From positions 1 through 44,916 of the forward strand of contig CADCQO010000145.1 of assembly GCA_902803585.1 (NCBI GenBank): 44,916 bases of DNA. The letters are read 5' to 3'. Position 1 is the stretch's first letter. The number at the start of each line of letters is the position of its first letter. The stretch is from an uncultured Ruminococcus sp. GTDB taxonomy: Bacteria > Bacillota > Clostridia > Oscillospirales > Acutalibacteraceae. Below, piece after piece: positions 34,843 to 44,916 of the stretch. The notes under the pieces were generated by a model. It was not told the DNA's origin and searched no databases. It worked only from the letters and a program-made list of their open reading frames with translations. The position numbers and the translations under genes were made by a program.

Positions 34843-37800
34843 GTGAATAAATTTTCGGATTTTTTCGGAAAATATCTTGATATCAGTGGATTTCCCGACA
34901 AAGTGCGCGAGGGTGATATTCTTGGTATCAGGATAGATTCTGAAAAGCGTATCATGGAGTTATCGGTGAAGTTGGCGGAACTGGTGGACAAGGAAACACT
35001 TTTCCGCATCGAAAAAACAATTTGTGAGAGTATATTGAATTTGTTTCAGTGTCATATTTATCCCAAATATGATGCTGATTTATTTCGTGAAAGTTATTAT
35101 CCTGAATTAGCTAAAGAAATGAAGCGGCGTTATGCCAGTCTGAACGGTACGCTGAACGATTCTGCAGCCCGTATGGCAGGGGAGGAGTTAGTCATTACTT
35201 TACAGCATGGCGGTCAGGATATTTTGCTGCAGCAGGGCTTTGAAAAAAAACTGTCTGAGCTGATCAAAGAGGAATTCGGTCTGCATTATCGGATCGTGCT
35301 GGAAGGTGTGCTGACAATTGATGCAGACAGCGCTGCTTACATAGAACAGCAGAAAATCAACGAAGAAAAGGTACTGCGTGAACAGCAGATAGCCGAGCAG
35401 GAGCAGTATGAAAGTATGATGCAGTCAGCAGCGGCTCATAAGGCACAGACGCAGAAAAAAGCAGTTCCTCAGCCTGTACAGTCAGAAATTGAGATTCGTC
35501 AGGGTGCTTTTCTGAATCCTGCCTGCATTCCCGACAGTGCAGTAACGATTTATGGCAGCCACATCAAGGGAGAACTGTTTCCGCTGAAAAATATTTCTGC
35601 TGAGGCAGGACGCATTATTTTCTGGGGTACGATTTTTTCAATGGATATTCGTGATTCCCGTGACAATAAGCGAAAAATCATTTCTGTGAACATGACGGAT
35701 TATACTGGTTCTGTAACAGTAAAGATTATCGATTTCAACGAGAAATGCAAAGGCATTCTGGAACTAAGACAAGGCGATGCTATTCTTGTCAAAGGCGATG
35801 CACAGATGGATAAATATGAACATGATGTTACTGTCATGGCTTCTGCCGTGTGCAGGGTAGGTACAGCGAAAATCGTGGATAAAGCACCTGTCAAACGTGT
35901 AGAGCTGCATCTTCATACCAATATGTCTGCAATGGACGCTGTAACGAGTGCAGGAGATCTGGTCAACCGTGCCTATTCATGGGGAATGCCTGCGATAGCA
36001 ATTACCGATCATGGTGTAGCGCAGGCATATCCTGATGCAATGAATGCGTGTGATGCTATTCGCAGCAAGGGCGGAAAATTCAAGATTATTTACGGGCTGG
36101 AGGCATATTTTATCAACGATGAAGCCACAGGTGCGGTTGTCGGTCATGCACATCAGCCCCTCAACGGTGAATTCATTGTATTTGATATCGAAACGACGGG
36201 TTTAAGCGTACTGCAGGAACGTATTACTGAAATTGGTGCAGTGCGTCTTGTCAACGGTGAAATCAAAGATACTTTTTCAACGTTTGTCAACCCGCAGAAA
36301 CATATTCCCGAAAAGATCACCGAATTGACAGGCATTGATGATACAATGGTTGAGAATGCCCCTTCAGAAGAAACTGCGGTAAAAAGTTTTCTGGATTTCT
36401 GCGGAGAAAATGCGGTGGTAGTTGCACATAACGCTTCGTTTGATACCTCATTTATCCGTACAGCGTGTGAACGAAATAATTTTGCCTATACGCTGACCCA
36501 TATTGATACACTGGCAATTTCCAGAGGCCTGTTTCCGCAGCTGTCGAAACATAAGCTGGATGCTGTCGCCAAGCACCTGAAATTGGGTGATTTTAACCAT
36601 CATCGTGCGTGTGATGATGCGATGATGCTGGCAAAAATTTTTCAGGTAATGATCCAGAAGCTGAAGGAAGAATTTAAAATTTCCGATACATCAGAAATCA
36701 GCAAAGCCCTGCCAAAACCCAGTATCAAATCTTATAAGTATTTTCACCAGATACTGCTGGTCAAAAATCAGTTAGGGCTGAAAAATCTGTATAAGCTGAT
36801 TTCCAAATCGCATCTCGATTACTTTTACAAAAAACCGTTAGTGCCAAAATCAGAACTGGTGAAGCTGCGGGACGGTCTGATCGTGGGCAGTGCCTGTGAA
36901 GCGGGAGAACTGTACAGGGCTATTCTGGACGGTAAAAACAGGGAAGAACTGAAAAGTATTGCTTCGTTTTATGATTATCTGGAGATACAGCCTATCGGCA
37001 ATAATATGCACTTAGTAAGAGAGGGCAAAGTAAAAGATGTTCAGGAACTTCAGGGATACAATCAGTTGATTGTTGATCTGGGAAGAGAACTGGACATTCC
37101 CGTTGTTGCGACCTGTGATGTGCATTTTATGGATCCTTATCAGAGTGAGTACCGCAAAGTACTGCTGACCTCGCAGGGATTCAGTGATGCTGCCGAACAG
37201 CCGCCGCTGTATTTCCGTACAACAGCAGAAATGCTGAAGGAATTTGATTATCTCGGAGAAGAAAAGGCGTATGAAGTTGTTGTGACAAATACGAATTATA
37301 TCACCGATATGATAGAAGATATCCGTGCTGTACCGAAGGGCAACTTTCCGCCGTTTATTCCGGGTGCTGAGGAAGAATTGACCAGCATCACATGGGAACG
37401 TGCCAAGAAAATGTATGGTGATCCGCTGCCGGAAATCGTACACGCCCGCATTGAGAAGGAACTGAACTCTATTATCAAAAACGGATTCTCAGTGCTTTAT
37501 ATGACAGCGCAGAAACTGGTAGCTAATTCCAATGAACATGGCTATCTTGTGGGATCGAGAGGTTCGGTAGGTTCTTCCTTCGTAGCAACAATGTCAGGTA
37601 TTTCGGAAGTTAACCCGCTTTGTCCGCATTATGTCTGCCCGAAATGTCAGAATTCTGAATTTTTCACAGACGGAAGTTATGGTTCAGGCTTTGACTTGCC
37701 GCCCAAAAATTGTCCGAACTGCGGCACAGAATATCTGAGGGACGGTCACGACATTCCTTTTGAAACGTTTCTGGGCTTCAAGGGCGATAAAACCCCCGAT

Positions 37801-39231
37801 ATAGATCTGAACTTTGCGGGCGAATATCAAAGCCGTTCCCACCGCTATACAGAAGTTTTGTTTGGCAAGGAGAATGTGTTCAAAGCCGGTACAATTGCGA
37901 CAGTAGCAGAAAAAACGGCAATCGGTTTTGTCAAAAAGTATGCTGAAACAGCAGGCATTACGATCAATCGTGCAGAGGAACTGCGTCTGGCGGCGGGCTG
38001 TACGGGTGTGCGCAGAACAACGGGTCAGCATCCGGGCGGTATGGTCGTTGTACCAAGAATGAACGACGTATACGAATTTTGTCCTATCCAGCATCCGGCA
38101 AATGATCAGAAAACGGATAATATCACCACCCACTTTGATTTCCATTCTATCCATGATACAGTCTGCAAGCTGGACGAACTTGGTCATGATGTGCCGACAA
38201 TCTATCGTTATCTGGAGGAATATACAGGTATTGATGTTATGAATGTTTCTATGAGTGATTCTGAGGTAATGTCTTTGTTTACATCGACTAAGGCATTAAA
38301 GGTCAAGCCGGAAGATATTGATTCACTGACAGGAACTTTTTCCCTGCCGGAAGTAGGTACATCTTTTGTACGCCAGATGCTTATTGAAACGCAGCCTAAG
38401 ACGTTTTCGGATTTGCTGCAGGTATCAGGACTGTCACACGGTACAGATGTATGGATCGGCAATGCTTCCGAACTGATTGCGAAAAACATATGTACGATTT
38501 CAGAAGTAATCGGTACCCGTGACAACATTATGGTCTATCTGATGCACAAGGGACTGGAACCGGATATGGCGTTTAAAATCATGGAAATTGTCCGTAAAGG
38601 TAAAGCAACAAAGCTGCTGACAGAAGATCATATCAAGGCAATGAAGGAACATGATGTACCGCAGTGGTATATTGATTCCTGCATGAAAATCAAATATATG
38701 TTCCCAAAAGCACACGCAGCCGCTTATATGATAGCGACTTTGCGTCTGGGGTGGTATAAAGTACATCATGCGAAGGAATATTATGCAGCATATTTCACGG
38801 TAAGAAGCGATGATTTTGATGCTCTTCTGGTATGTAAGGGAAAAAGTGCTGTATGGGCGAAGATGCAGGAAATCAGTGCAAAGATACAGAAGAAAGAGGC
38901 AAGTGCCAAAGAGATATCAACTCACGCTACTTTACAGATCGTGAATGAGATGCTGGCACGAGGCATTGAAGTATTGCCGATTGACATTTACAAATCCGAT
39001 GCTAAAAAATTTCTGGTAGAAGGCGATAAGATTCGTCTGCCGTTTTCAGCTTTGCCGGGAGTTGGTGAAGCAGCGGCGATTAGTCTGGCAGAAGCCGGAA
39101 AGGACGGAGAATTTACATCTGTAGAAGACTTTCAGCAGAGAGCAAAGGTTTCCAAGACAGTCATTGAACTGCTGAGAGAAATTGGTTCCTTTGCAGCACT
39201 GCCGGAAACCAGTCAGCTTTGTTTTCTGTAA
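34843..39231 (+). CDS. polC: DNA polymerase III alpha subunit, PolC type
   Basis: 1462 aa with an OB domain, a PHP domain split by a DEDD 3'-5' exonuclease (FIVFDIETTGLS ... HNASFDTSF ... HRACDDA) and a zinc finger (CPHYVCPKC ... CPNCG). The C-terminal polymerase core is present. GTG start after GGGAGA. Confidence 0.97.
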   Translation: MNKFSDFFGKYLDISGFPDKVREGDILGIRIDSEKRIMELSVKLAELVDKETLFRIEKTICESILNLFQCHIYPKYDADLFRESYYPELAKEMKRRYASLNGTLNDSAARMAGEELVITLQHGGQDILLQQGFEKKLSELIKEEFGLHYRIVLEGVLTIDADSAAYIEQQKINEEKVLREQQIAEQEQYESMMQSAAAHKAQTQKKAVPQPVQSEIEIRQGAFLNPACIPDSAVTIYGSHIKGELFPLKNISAEAGRIIFWGTIFSMDIRDSRDNKRKIISVNMTDYTGSVTVKIIDFNEKCKGILELRQGDAILVKGDAQMDKYEHDVTVMASAVCRVGTAKIVDKAPVKRVELHLHTNMSAMDAVTSAGDLVNRAYSWGMPAIAITDHGVAQAYPDAMNACDAIRSKGGKFKIIYGLEAYFINDEATGAVVGHAHQPLNGEFIVFDIETTGLSVLQERITEIGAVRLVNGEIKDTFSTFVNPQKHIPEKITELTGIDDTMVENAPSEETAVKSFLDFCGENAVVVAHNASFDTSFIRTACERNNFAYTLTHIDTLAISRGLFPQLSKHKLDAVAKHLKLGDFNHHRACDDAMMLAKIFQVMIQKLKEEFKISDTSEISKALPKPSIKSYKYFHQILLVKNQLGLKNLYKLISKSHLDYFYKKPLVPKSELVKLRDGLIVGSACEAGELYRAILDGKNREELKSIASFYDYLEIQPIGNNMHLVREGKVKDVQELQGYNQLIVDLGRELDIPVVATCDVHFMDPYQSEYRKVLLTSQGFSDAAEQPPLYFRTTAEMLKEFDYLGEEKAYEVVVTNTNYITDMIEDIRAVPKGNFPPFIPGAEEELTSITWERAKKMYGDPLPEIVHARIEKELNSIIKNGFSVLYMTAQKLVANSNEHGYLVGSRGSVGSSFVATMSGISEVNPLCPHYVCPKCQNSEFFTDGSYGSGFDLPPKNCPNCGTEYLRDGHDIPFETFLGFKGDKTPDIDLNFAGEYQSRSHRYTEVLFGKENVFKAGTIATVAEKTAIGFVKKYAETAGITINRAEELRLAAGCTGVRRTTGQHPGGMVVVPRMNDVYEFCPIQHPANDQKTDNITTHFDFHSIHDTVCKLDELGHDVPTIYRYLEEYTGIDVMNVSMSDSEVMSLFTSTKALKVKPEDIDSLTGTFSLPEVGTSFVRQMLIETQPKTFSDLLQVSGLSHGTDVWIGNASELIAKNICTISEVIGTRDNIMVYLMHKGLEPDMAFKIMEIVRKGKATKLLTEDHIKAMKEHDVPQWYIDSCMKIKYMFPKAHAAAYMIATLRLGWYKVHHAKEYYAAYFTVRSDDFDALLVCKGKSAVWAKMQEISAKIQKKEASAKEISTHATLQIVNEMLARGIEVLPIDIYKSDAKKFLVEGDKIRLPFSALPGVGEAAAISLAEAGKDGEFTSVEDFQQRAKVSKTVIELLREIGSFAALPETSQLCFL

Positions 39232-39276
39232 GATCATGCTGACGGAAAACAGCGCGTATTTTAAGAAGACGGTGAC

Positions 39277-39305
39277 TTGCTAAAGAGTCGAATGTGTGAT
39301 ATAAT
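39277..39305 (+). promoter_or_regulatory. Putative sigma-A promoter of lon
   Basis: TTGCTA (39277-82), a 17-nt spacer, then TGaTATAAT (-10 hexamer at 39300-05). Confidence 0.55.
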
Positions 39306-39338
39306 CGGTATACTATGTTAAAAGGGATGAAGCAAACG

Positions 39339-41684
39339 ATGGAAAATGAAAATTTGGAAATTTTAACTGTTCCTGTTCTGCCCTTAAGGGGGTTGGTGGT
39401 TTTTCCGGGTTCCATTCTGCATTTTGATGTTTCGCGGAAAAAATCTGTGAACGCGCTGATGTCTGCTATGGAAAAGTACAACCAAAAAATACTGATTGCT
39501 GTACAGAAGCACTCCCTGAAAGATGAACCGGAAACAGATGATTTTTATTCGATGGGCGTGTTGGCTCGTATTTTGCAGATCGTCAAAGTTTCAGATAACG
39601 TACTTCGGGTTGTTGTCAAGGGTATTCATCGTGCAGAGGTAGTGCAGTACAGGGACGGCAAGAAATATCTTACGGCACAGGTTGTGCAGGCGGCCATACA
39701 GTATGCACCAAAAAGTAAGGATACAGAAGCAAGAGTGAATGTTCTGAAGGAAATGTTCAACGATTTTTCTGTTATCAACGGTCATGTGCCGCAGGATATG
39801 TATCTCACGGTTTATGAAATGACAGATCCGGGCAAAATAGCCGACTATATTGCTGATAATATCATACGGGATTATCATAAAAAGCAGGAAATCTTATCGC
39901 TGACCAACGAGGAAGAACGGATCGACAAAGTAATTGAAATGCTCGGCTACGAAAATGAGCTTTTGAGCATTGAAGAAACCGTTACCGAAAAAGCAAAACT
40001 CGCGATTGAGATGAACCAGCGGGATTATTATATTCGTGAACGCATCAAAGCCATGCGGTCAGAGCTGGGAGAAGACGATGACCTTGAAGATACCGGAAAA
40101 TACACCAAAGCTATCGAGGAACTGAAAGCGTCAGACGAAGTTAAAGCTGAACTCCGGAAAGAAGTTTCCAAGCTGGAAAAGATGATGCCCAGTTCTCCGG
40201 AATATGGTGTGTCCCGTACCTATCTGGATACTTGCCTTGCCTTGCCATGGGGTATCTATACAAAGGAAAAGATAGACATCAAAAGAATTGCAGCACATCT
40301 GGACAAGAACCACTATGGCTTGAAAAAAGTCAAGGAGAGTATTGTAGAAGCTCTGGCCGTTCGCAAGCTGAATCCGGATATCAATGGACAGATTATTTGT
40401 CTGGTAGGGCCTCCGGGTGTCGGAAAAACATCTATTGCCAAAGGAATTGCTGAAGCAACCGGACGCAACTACCAGCGTATTGCTTTGGGTGGTGTTCATG
40501 ACGAAGCAGAAATTCGTGGACACAGAAGAACCTATATCGGTGCAATGATGGGACGCATCATGAATGCAATGAAACAGGCCAAATCTTCCAATCCGCTTAT
40601 TTTGCTTGATGAAGTCGATAAGCTGGGGGAAAGCAGTTTCAATGGTGATCCGGCTTCTGCTTTGCTGGAAGTACTGGATGGCGAGCAGAATTCTACCTTC
40701 TACGATCACTATGTTGATCTGCCGTTTGACCTGAGCAAAGTAATGTTTATTACTACTGCCAATGATCCGGGCGGCATTCCCGCGCCGTTGCTTGATCGTA
40801 TGGACATCATTTATCTGGATAGCTATACCCGTGAAGAAAAATATCAGATTGCCAAACTTCACCTGATTACCAAGCAGCTGAAACGTCATGGTCTGAACGC
40901 CAGACAGTTCAAGCTGTCAGACGAAGCACTGTACGATATTATCGACAGTTATACCCGTGAAGCAGGTGTTCGTCTTCTGGAAAAAACGATTTCCAGAGTG
41001 ATGAATAAAGCAGCGGTCAAGATTGTTTCAGGAGAAACAAAGTCCGTCAAAATCGGAAAGGAACAGCTGGAAGAATATCTGGGTTCCCGTAAGTATAAAC
41101 AGGACGATATAAACCATAATGATGAGGTAGGAGTTGTAACAGGTCTGGCATGGACAGCTGTCGGAGGTGAAACAATGCCCATTGAGGTGGCGGTTATGAC
41201 CGGCAGCGGAAAGATAGAACTGACCGGCTCTCTGGGAGATGTCATGAAAGAGTCCGCACAGGCAGCATATACCTGTATCCGCACCATGGCGAATGAACTG
41301 CATATTGACAGTGATTTTTACAAAAACAAGGACATTCATATCCATGTACCCGAAGGTGCAGTGCCAAAAGACGGCCCTTCGGCAGGTATTACAATGGCAA
41401 CGGCGATTACTTCCGCACTGACGGGTATTCCTGTAAGACATGACATTGCTATGACGGGTGAAATTACGATCAGGGGCAGGGTATTGCCGATTGGCGGTCT
41501 GAAGGAAAAGGCGATGGCAGCCTACCGTCTTGGTATCAAAACAATTGTTATCCCTGAAAATAACAAGTCCGATCTGGATGAAGTAGACGATGTTATCAAG
41601 GAATCCATACAATTTATATTAGCAAACAATATTCATACAGTACTGGATACGGCTTTGGTAACGCCTGCTTTTCCGACAGAGTGA
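39339..41684 (+). CDS. lon: ATP-dependent protease Lon (LonA)
   Basis: LON N-domain ([14 protein letters not shown]), AAA+ Walker [10 protein letters not shown] and protease domain with [15 protein letters not shown]. The ATG at 39339 ([12 protein letters not shown]...) gives an N-terminus of the usual LonA length. ATGs at 39315 and 39327 lie almost at the predicted transcription start. Confidence 0.93.
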   Translation: MENENLEILTVPVLPLRGLVVFPGSILHFDVSRKKSVNALMSAMEKYNQKILIAVQKHSLKDEPETDDFYSMGVLARILQIVKVSDNVLRVVVKGIHRAEVVQYRDGKKYLTAQVVQAAIQYAPKSKDTEARVNVLKEMFNDFSVINGHVPQDMYLTVYEMTDPGKIADYIADNIIRDYHKKQEILSLTNEEERIDKVIEMLGYENELLSIEETVTEKAKLAIEMNQRDYYIRERIKAMRSELGEDDDLEDTGKYTKAIEELKASDEVKAELRKEVSKLEKMMPSSPEYGVSRTYLDTCLALPWGIYTKEKIDIKRIAAHLDKNHYGLKKVKESIVEALAVRKLNPDINGQIICLVGPPGVGKTSIAKGIAEATGRNYQRIALGGVHDEAEIRGHRRTYIGAMMGRIMNAMKQAKSSNPLILLDEVDKLGESSFNGDPASALLEVLDGEQNSTFYDHYVDLPFDLSKVMFITTANDPGGIPAPLLDRMDIIYLDSYTREEKYQIAKLHLITKQLKRHGLNARQFKLSDEALYDIIDSYTREAGVRLLEKTISRVMNKAAVKIVSGETKSVKIGKEQLEEYLGSRKYKQDDINHNDEVGVVTGLAWTAVGGETMPIEVAVMTGSGKIELTGSLGDVMKESAQAAYTCIRTMANELHIDSDFYKNKDIHIHVPEGAVPKDGPSAGITMATAITSALTGIPVRHDIAMTGEITIRGRVLPIGGLKEKAMAAYRLGIKTIVIPENNKSDLDEVDDVIKESIQFILANNIHTVLDTALVTPAFPTE

Positions 41685-41692
41685 GGTGTGTT

Positions 41693-42271
41693 ATGAATTT
41701 TCAGATCGCAGCGTTTAAAGCTGCTTACGGCAGGTCCTCGCAGATACCGCCGTCCGATTTGCCGGAGATAGTTTTTTCCGGACGTTCCAATGTCGGCAAG
41801 TCTTCTTTGATCAACAAGCTCCTGTACCGGAAGTCTATTGCAAGAGTCAGCGCTAAACCGGGGAAAACAGCGACAATTAACTTTTTTTCGCTGAAAGAAG
41901 CAAATTTTGTAGACTTGCCGGGATACGGTTATGCACAGGTATCTCAGGCAGAAAAGAAAAGATGGGCAGAATTAGTAGAAGGCTATTTTGCACAGCAGAG
42001 AAAGATAGCACTGGTAGTACAGATATGCGATATGCGTCATACGCCCAGTGCTGACGATATGACGATGATTGATTTTCTTTATCAGAATCATTATCCCTTT
42101 ATCATTGCCCTGACTAAAAAAGACAAACTTAAAAAGACACAGCAGCAGCTTCGGATGGAGGCACTAAAGGAAGAGCTGGGTGATTATCCGGAAGTTGTGC
42201 TTTGTCCGTGTTCCTCAGAAAAAGGCGACGGAATAGATGAGATACGCCGTATTATCGAGGAAAGTATATGA
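41693..42271 (+). CDS. engB: Ribosome biogenesis GTPase YsxC/EngB (YihA)
   Basis: G1 GRSNVGKSSLIN, G3 DLPGYGYA and G4 TKKDK motifs. lon-ysxC adjacency matches B. subtilis. ATG at 41693 follows GAGGTG. The track's GTG at 41681 is an alternative start. Confidence 0.9.
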   Translation: MNFQIAAFKAAYGRSSQIPPSDLPEIVFSGRSNVGKSSLINKLLYRKSIARVSAKPGKTATINFFSLKEANFVDLPGYGYAQVSQAEKKRWAELVEGYFAQQRKIALVVQICDMRHTPSADDMTMIDFLYQNHYPFIIALTKKDKLKKTQQQLRMEALKEELGDYPEVVLCPCSSEKGDGIDEIRRIIEESI

Positions 42272-42321
42272 TCAGATGGGTGTTTCTGTTTTCTTATGAT
42301 TGCCTCAACGGTTGTAAAAGG

Positions 42322-42702
42322 TCAGATGATATTGTAAAGATAGGGATATTCTAATTGCTGAAAGTCGTCTGTCAGTTCAAGGGCGCTGCTGCAGTAGAGC
42401 AGAAAAGGCATGATATTTTGCTGACGCAGACAAAGACTTGCCTGTTCCACAGCCTGTTCAATAGAGTCTATTCTTTGGTGAGAAATAAAAAGACAAAGCC
42501 ATTGACGGCGTTCTTTCAGAATTTTTGCAGCATCATTTATGTGCTGTAAAGAAGCGGCTTTGTCATTGTTTTCAGCCAGCTGATAGGCCTGTTGAAGATG
42601 TTCGCAAACAATACGGGCAGTTGATGTGTTCATCAAAAAGCTGGTAACAGCTAACGAGATAACAACGGTTAAAACAATGAAAGCTCCGTGTAATCTGTGC
42701 AT
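42322..42702 (-). CDS. DUF4363-like small membrane-anchored protein
   Basis: 126 aa with a single N-terminal TM segment, then a helical domain. It lies immediately downstream of a DUF421 gene (stop 42704, start 42702), the usual pairing for DUF4363. Family assignment is from memory and context. Confidence 0.6.
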   Translation of the reverse strand: MHRLHGAFIVLTVVISLAVTSFLMNTSTARIVCEHLQQAYQLAENNDKAASLQHINDAAKILKERRQWLCLFISHQRIDSIEQAVEQASLCLRQQNIMPFLLYCSSALELTDDFQQLEYPYLYNII

Positions 42703-42703
42703 C

Positions 42704-43378
42704 TTATTTTTTCTCCTTTTTGATGAGGGTGTAGTTTCCGCTGCTGTTAGCGGTCATGATAAAGACATCTGCCAGACTGATTTTTTCTTTTTGGAGTGCT
42801 TGCAGCAGTTTTGTTCTGTTCCAACCACATATTTTCATAGAAGAAGGGCTGATCTCACCATCGCTGATGATGGTGACGTTCAGTTCTTTTTTTGCTTTGG
42901 AGAGGTGAACATCCTGCACTGTAAGCGCATCGTTTTCAGACTTTTTGAGTACGCTGAGCTGTCCGTTGGTTTCGATGACAGCAAAAGCAACTTCACCAAT
43001 GTCAAATATATCCTTTTGCCGCAGCTGTTCAAAAAGGTCTTCTGTACTCAGGCGCAGTTCCATCATAGCATTTTGATCAATTGTCCCGTTATTGATAACG
43101 ATAACAGGCTTTCCGCAGATCAGCTGGCGAATTTTTGACCTTTTCAGCATCAAATAGGATAAAAAGATTTCGCAGACAAGGAGAACCATGATAGGTATGA
43201 TACCGCTGAGCAAAGATTGTTCTGTGTCCTGCATAGGAATCGTGGCAATATTAGACATCAGCAGAGTGATAACTAACTCGCTTGTCTGCATTTCGCTGAT
43301 TTGCCGTTTTCCCATCATTCTGACAGCAAACAGGATCAGCATATATAAGAAACAGGTTCTGATGATAGAAATGAGCAT
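42704..43378 (-). CDS. DUF421 (YetF/YdfS-like) membrane protein
   Basis: LYMLILFAVRMMGKRQISEMQTSELVITLLMSNIA is the typical DUF421 N-terminus, followed by a soluble C-terminal domain. Start trimmed from 43477 to the ATG at 43378; GGAGGTG lies 12 nt upstream, so the start is uncertain. Confidence 0.8.
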   Translation of the reverse strand: MLISIIRTCFLYMLILFAVRMMGKRQISEMQTSELVITLLMSNIATIPMQDTEQSLLSGIIPIMVLLVCEIFLSYLMLKRSKIRQLICGKPVIVINNGTIDQNAMMELRLSTEDLFEQLRQKDIFDIGEVAFAVIETNGQLSVLKKSENDALTVQDVHLSKAKKELNVTIISDGEISPSSMKICGWNRTKLLQALQKEKISLADVFIMTANSSGNYTLIKKEKK

Positions 43379-43504
43379 CTTTTTATGAAGCACCTCCGGA
43401 GATAAGGCAAAATCTGTTTTTATTTTGCGAAAAAGGAGGGGAAAATATACAGAAGGATTTTGTTGGTGATGCCACACTTGCGGCGATAAATTCAGATATG
43501 TGAT

Positions 43505-43534
43505 GAATAAAATGTTGTCTGACGATAAATAGTA
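43505..43534 (+). promoter_or_regulatory. Possible sigma-G-type promoter of the ger operon
   Basis: GAATA (43505-09, matches GHATR), an 18-nt spacer, then AATAGTA (43528-34, 6 of 7 versus CATnnTA). It lies 45 nt upstream of the gerA-family ATG. Confidence 0.35.
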
Positions 43535-43579
43535 ATGGTACAGTATCTGATTGATTCAGCACAATGGGAGGCGAATAAA

Positions 43580-44916
43580 ATGTTTCGCTTTATGCAGGAA
43601 CTAAAGGAGATTTATCGGCAAAAACCGCAAACAGGGTACGAACAGCGAGTCACACCGCTCGCATTATCGCTGGACATTACTCTTTCTCAGCTGCGTCTTT
43701 CCTTTCATGAGAGCGAAGATCTGACAATAAGGGAAATCCGGTTATCGGAACATAAGGCAGCAGTTGTGACAATTGATAATATGATTGACAAACAGATTTT
43801 AGGAGAAAGTATCCTGAAACCGCTGTTGTCCCATGTGTTCAGAAGCAGTACGCCGCAGGAATGCTGTCAGGAGATTGCAGAACGAGTGCTGTGCACTGCG
43901 GAATTAGTGCAGCTTTCCTGTTTTGAAGATCTGGAAGAGAACATTATGTCAGGTTTTGCGGTAATTATCATAGACGGATACGACAAAGCCCTGTCTATCG
44001 GCATTCAGGGTTATGCAAGCAGGAGTGTTTCCGAACCCTCCTCAGATATCGTACAAAGAGGTGCGAAGGAGGGATTTGTAGAGTCTTTGCGGGTCAATAT
44101 GACGTTGATACGCCGCCGCCTGAAAAATTCCTGTCTGAAATTCGAAACCCTGACGATCGGCAAAACGAGCCATACACAGATTGCCCTTGGTTATCTGACA
44201 GATACGGTATCAAAAGAAATCCTTTCGGAACTGAAAAGCCGTCTGAGGCGTATTCCGCTGGATACCGTACTGACGGCGGGGTATCTTGTGCCGTTTCTGG
44301 AGGACGAAACAGGATATTCTCTTTTTAGCGGTATTGGAGTATCAGAACGTCCCGACACCGTATGCGGCAAATTAGCAGAGGGGCGCATTGCCGTTCTGGT
44401 AGATGGTGTACCTTCGGCATTGATTGTGCCGTATATTTTCGCAGAGTATTTCCAGTCGCTGGACGACTATTCCAACCGTGCATATTTTGCGACCTTTACC
44501 CGTTTTTTGAAATACTGTGCATTCTTTATTTCCATTCTGCTGCCGGGAATATTTGTTTCGCTGGGAACTTATAATCCAGAAATGTTTCCGACCCTGATGC
44601 TCAATAAAATTGCGGCATCTATTGCAGCGACACCTCTGTCATTAACGACAGAAACCATACTGATTTTGTTTATTTATGAGTTGATGCGAGAGGCGGGACT
44701 GCGCATGCCCCAGCCATTAGGATACGCCGTGAGTATAGTGGGCGGTCTTGTCATTGGTGATACAGCCGTAAACGCAGGGCTGATAGGAGCGCCCACGCTG
44801 ATGGTAGTAGCAATCAGTGCTATCAGCTCATATGTTGTTCCGAATTTATACGCGCCTTCTGCTATTTTAAGAATGATACTGACATTGACAGGGGGATTGT
44901 TTGGTATATGGGGGAT
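43580..44916 (+). CDS. Spore germination protein, GerA-family A subunit (3' end outside window; absent from the ORF track)
   Basis: ATG at 43580 lies 8 nt after GGGAGG, and the frame stays open to the window end (445 codons). The translation has GerA-family features (IRRRLKNSCLKFETLTIGKTSHTQIALGYL, SERPDTVCGKLAEGRIAVLVDGVPSALIVP, TM region EAGLRMPQPLGYAVSIVGGLVIGD). Confidence 0.9.
   Translation, partial: MFRFMQELKEIYRQKPQTGYEQRVTPLALSLDITLSQLRLSFHESEDLTIREIRLSEHKAAVVTIDNMIDKQILGESILKPLLSHVFRSSTPQECCQEIAERVLCTAELVQLSCFEDLEENIMSGFAVIIIDGYDKALSIGIQGYASRSVSEPSSDIVQRGAKEGFVESLRVNMTLIRRRLKNSCLKFETLTIGKTSHTQIALGYLTDTVSKEILSELKSRLRRIPLDTVLTAGYLVPFLEDETGYSLFSGIGVSERPDTVCGKLAEGRIAVLVDGVPSALIVPYIFAEYFQSLDDYSNRAYFATFTRFLKYCAFFISILLPGIFVSLGTYNPEMFPTLMLNKIAASIAATPLSLTTETILILFIYELMREAGLRMPQPLGYAVSIVGGLVIGDTAVNAGLIGAPTLMVVAISAISSYVVPNLYAPSAILRMILTLTGGLFGIWG

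Noticed and set aside
34170-35009. 279-aa minus-strand ORF opposite ispG and the polC start
   Set aside because: It is an antisense shadow ORF. ispG and polC fully account for the region.
40131-40889. 252-aa minus-strand ORF, with 41028..41612, opposite lon
   Set aside because: Both are antisense shadow ORFs within lon with no independent signals.
1-44916. Mobile elements, CRISPR arrays, tRNA or rRNA genes, defence or toxin-antitoxin systems
   Set aside because: I scanned both strands by eye. There are no transposase, integrase or Cas-like ORFs, no regularly spaced direct repeats, no tRNA cloverleaf candidates in intergenic regions and no small paired ORFs of unknown function. Composition appears uniform across the window by eye, though GC content was not computed.

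Overview
This 44.9 kb window is core chromosome from a spore-forming Firmicute, probably a member of the Clostridia. The evidence is PolC, a 56-aa clostridial 2x[4Fe-4S] ferredoxin, sigG, ylmC/ymxH, a GerA-family receptor gene and a DUF421/DUF4363 pair. Coding density is high and almost every long ORF has a recognisable housekeeping identity.

Left half, minus strand: sufC-like, sufBD-like, an SGNH hydrolase, a small membrane protein, tepA-like, uppP, ftsK/spoIIIE and htpG.

Middle: fhs, tsaE, tsaB and rpiB, then convergent ferredoxin and sigG. These are followed by yerC-like, a methyltransferase and hslO, then a VanY-like lipoprotein, a Na+/alanine symporter, a GH13 enzyme, a P-type ATPase and ylmC.

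Right half: the classic Firmicute array rpsB-tsf-pyrH-frr-uppS-cdsA-dxr-rseP-ispG-polC, then lon-ysxC, DUF421/DUF4363 and a truncated gerA-family gene.

I see no rRNA or tRNA genes, CRISPR arrays, transposases, integrases or recognisable defence or toxin systems, and nothing that convincingly looks like a new multi-gene system.

The most interesting unexplained signals are small:
1. An unlisted 46-codon Cys/Gly/Asn-rich tiny-membrane-peptide ORF with a strong SD, directly downstream of sigG.
2. A roughly 490 nt non-coding spacer in the otherwise tightly packed frr-uppS junction. It carries nested helices, an internal terminator-like hairpin and a second folded module abutting uppS.
3. A terminator whose 3' arm is the ylmC ribosome-binding site.

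Several start codons in the six-frame track were trimmed to SD-supported internal starts. Two edge-truncated CDSs (1..423 and 43580..44916) are added or extended. All promoter and terminator calls are by eye from consensus matching and are unverified.
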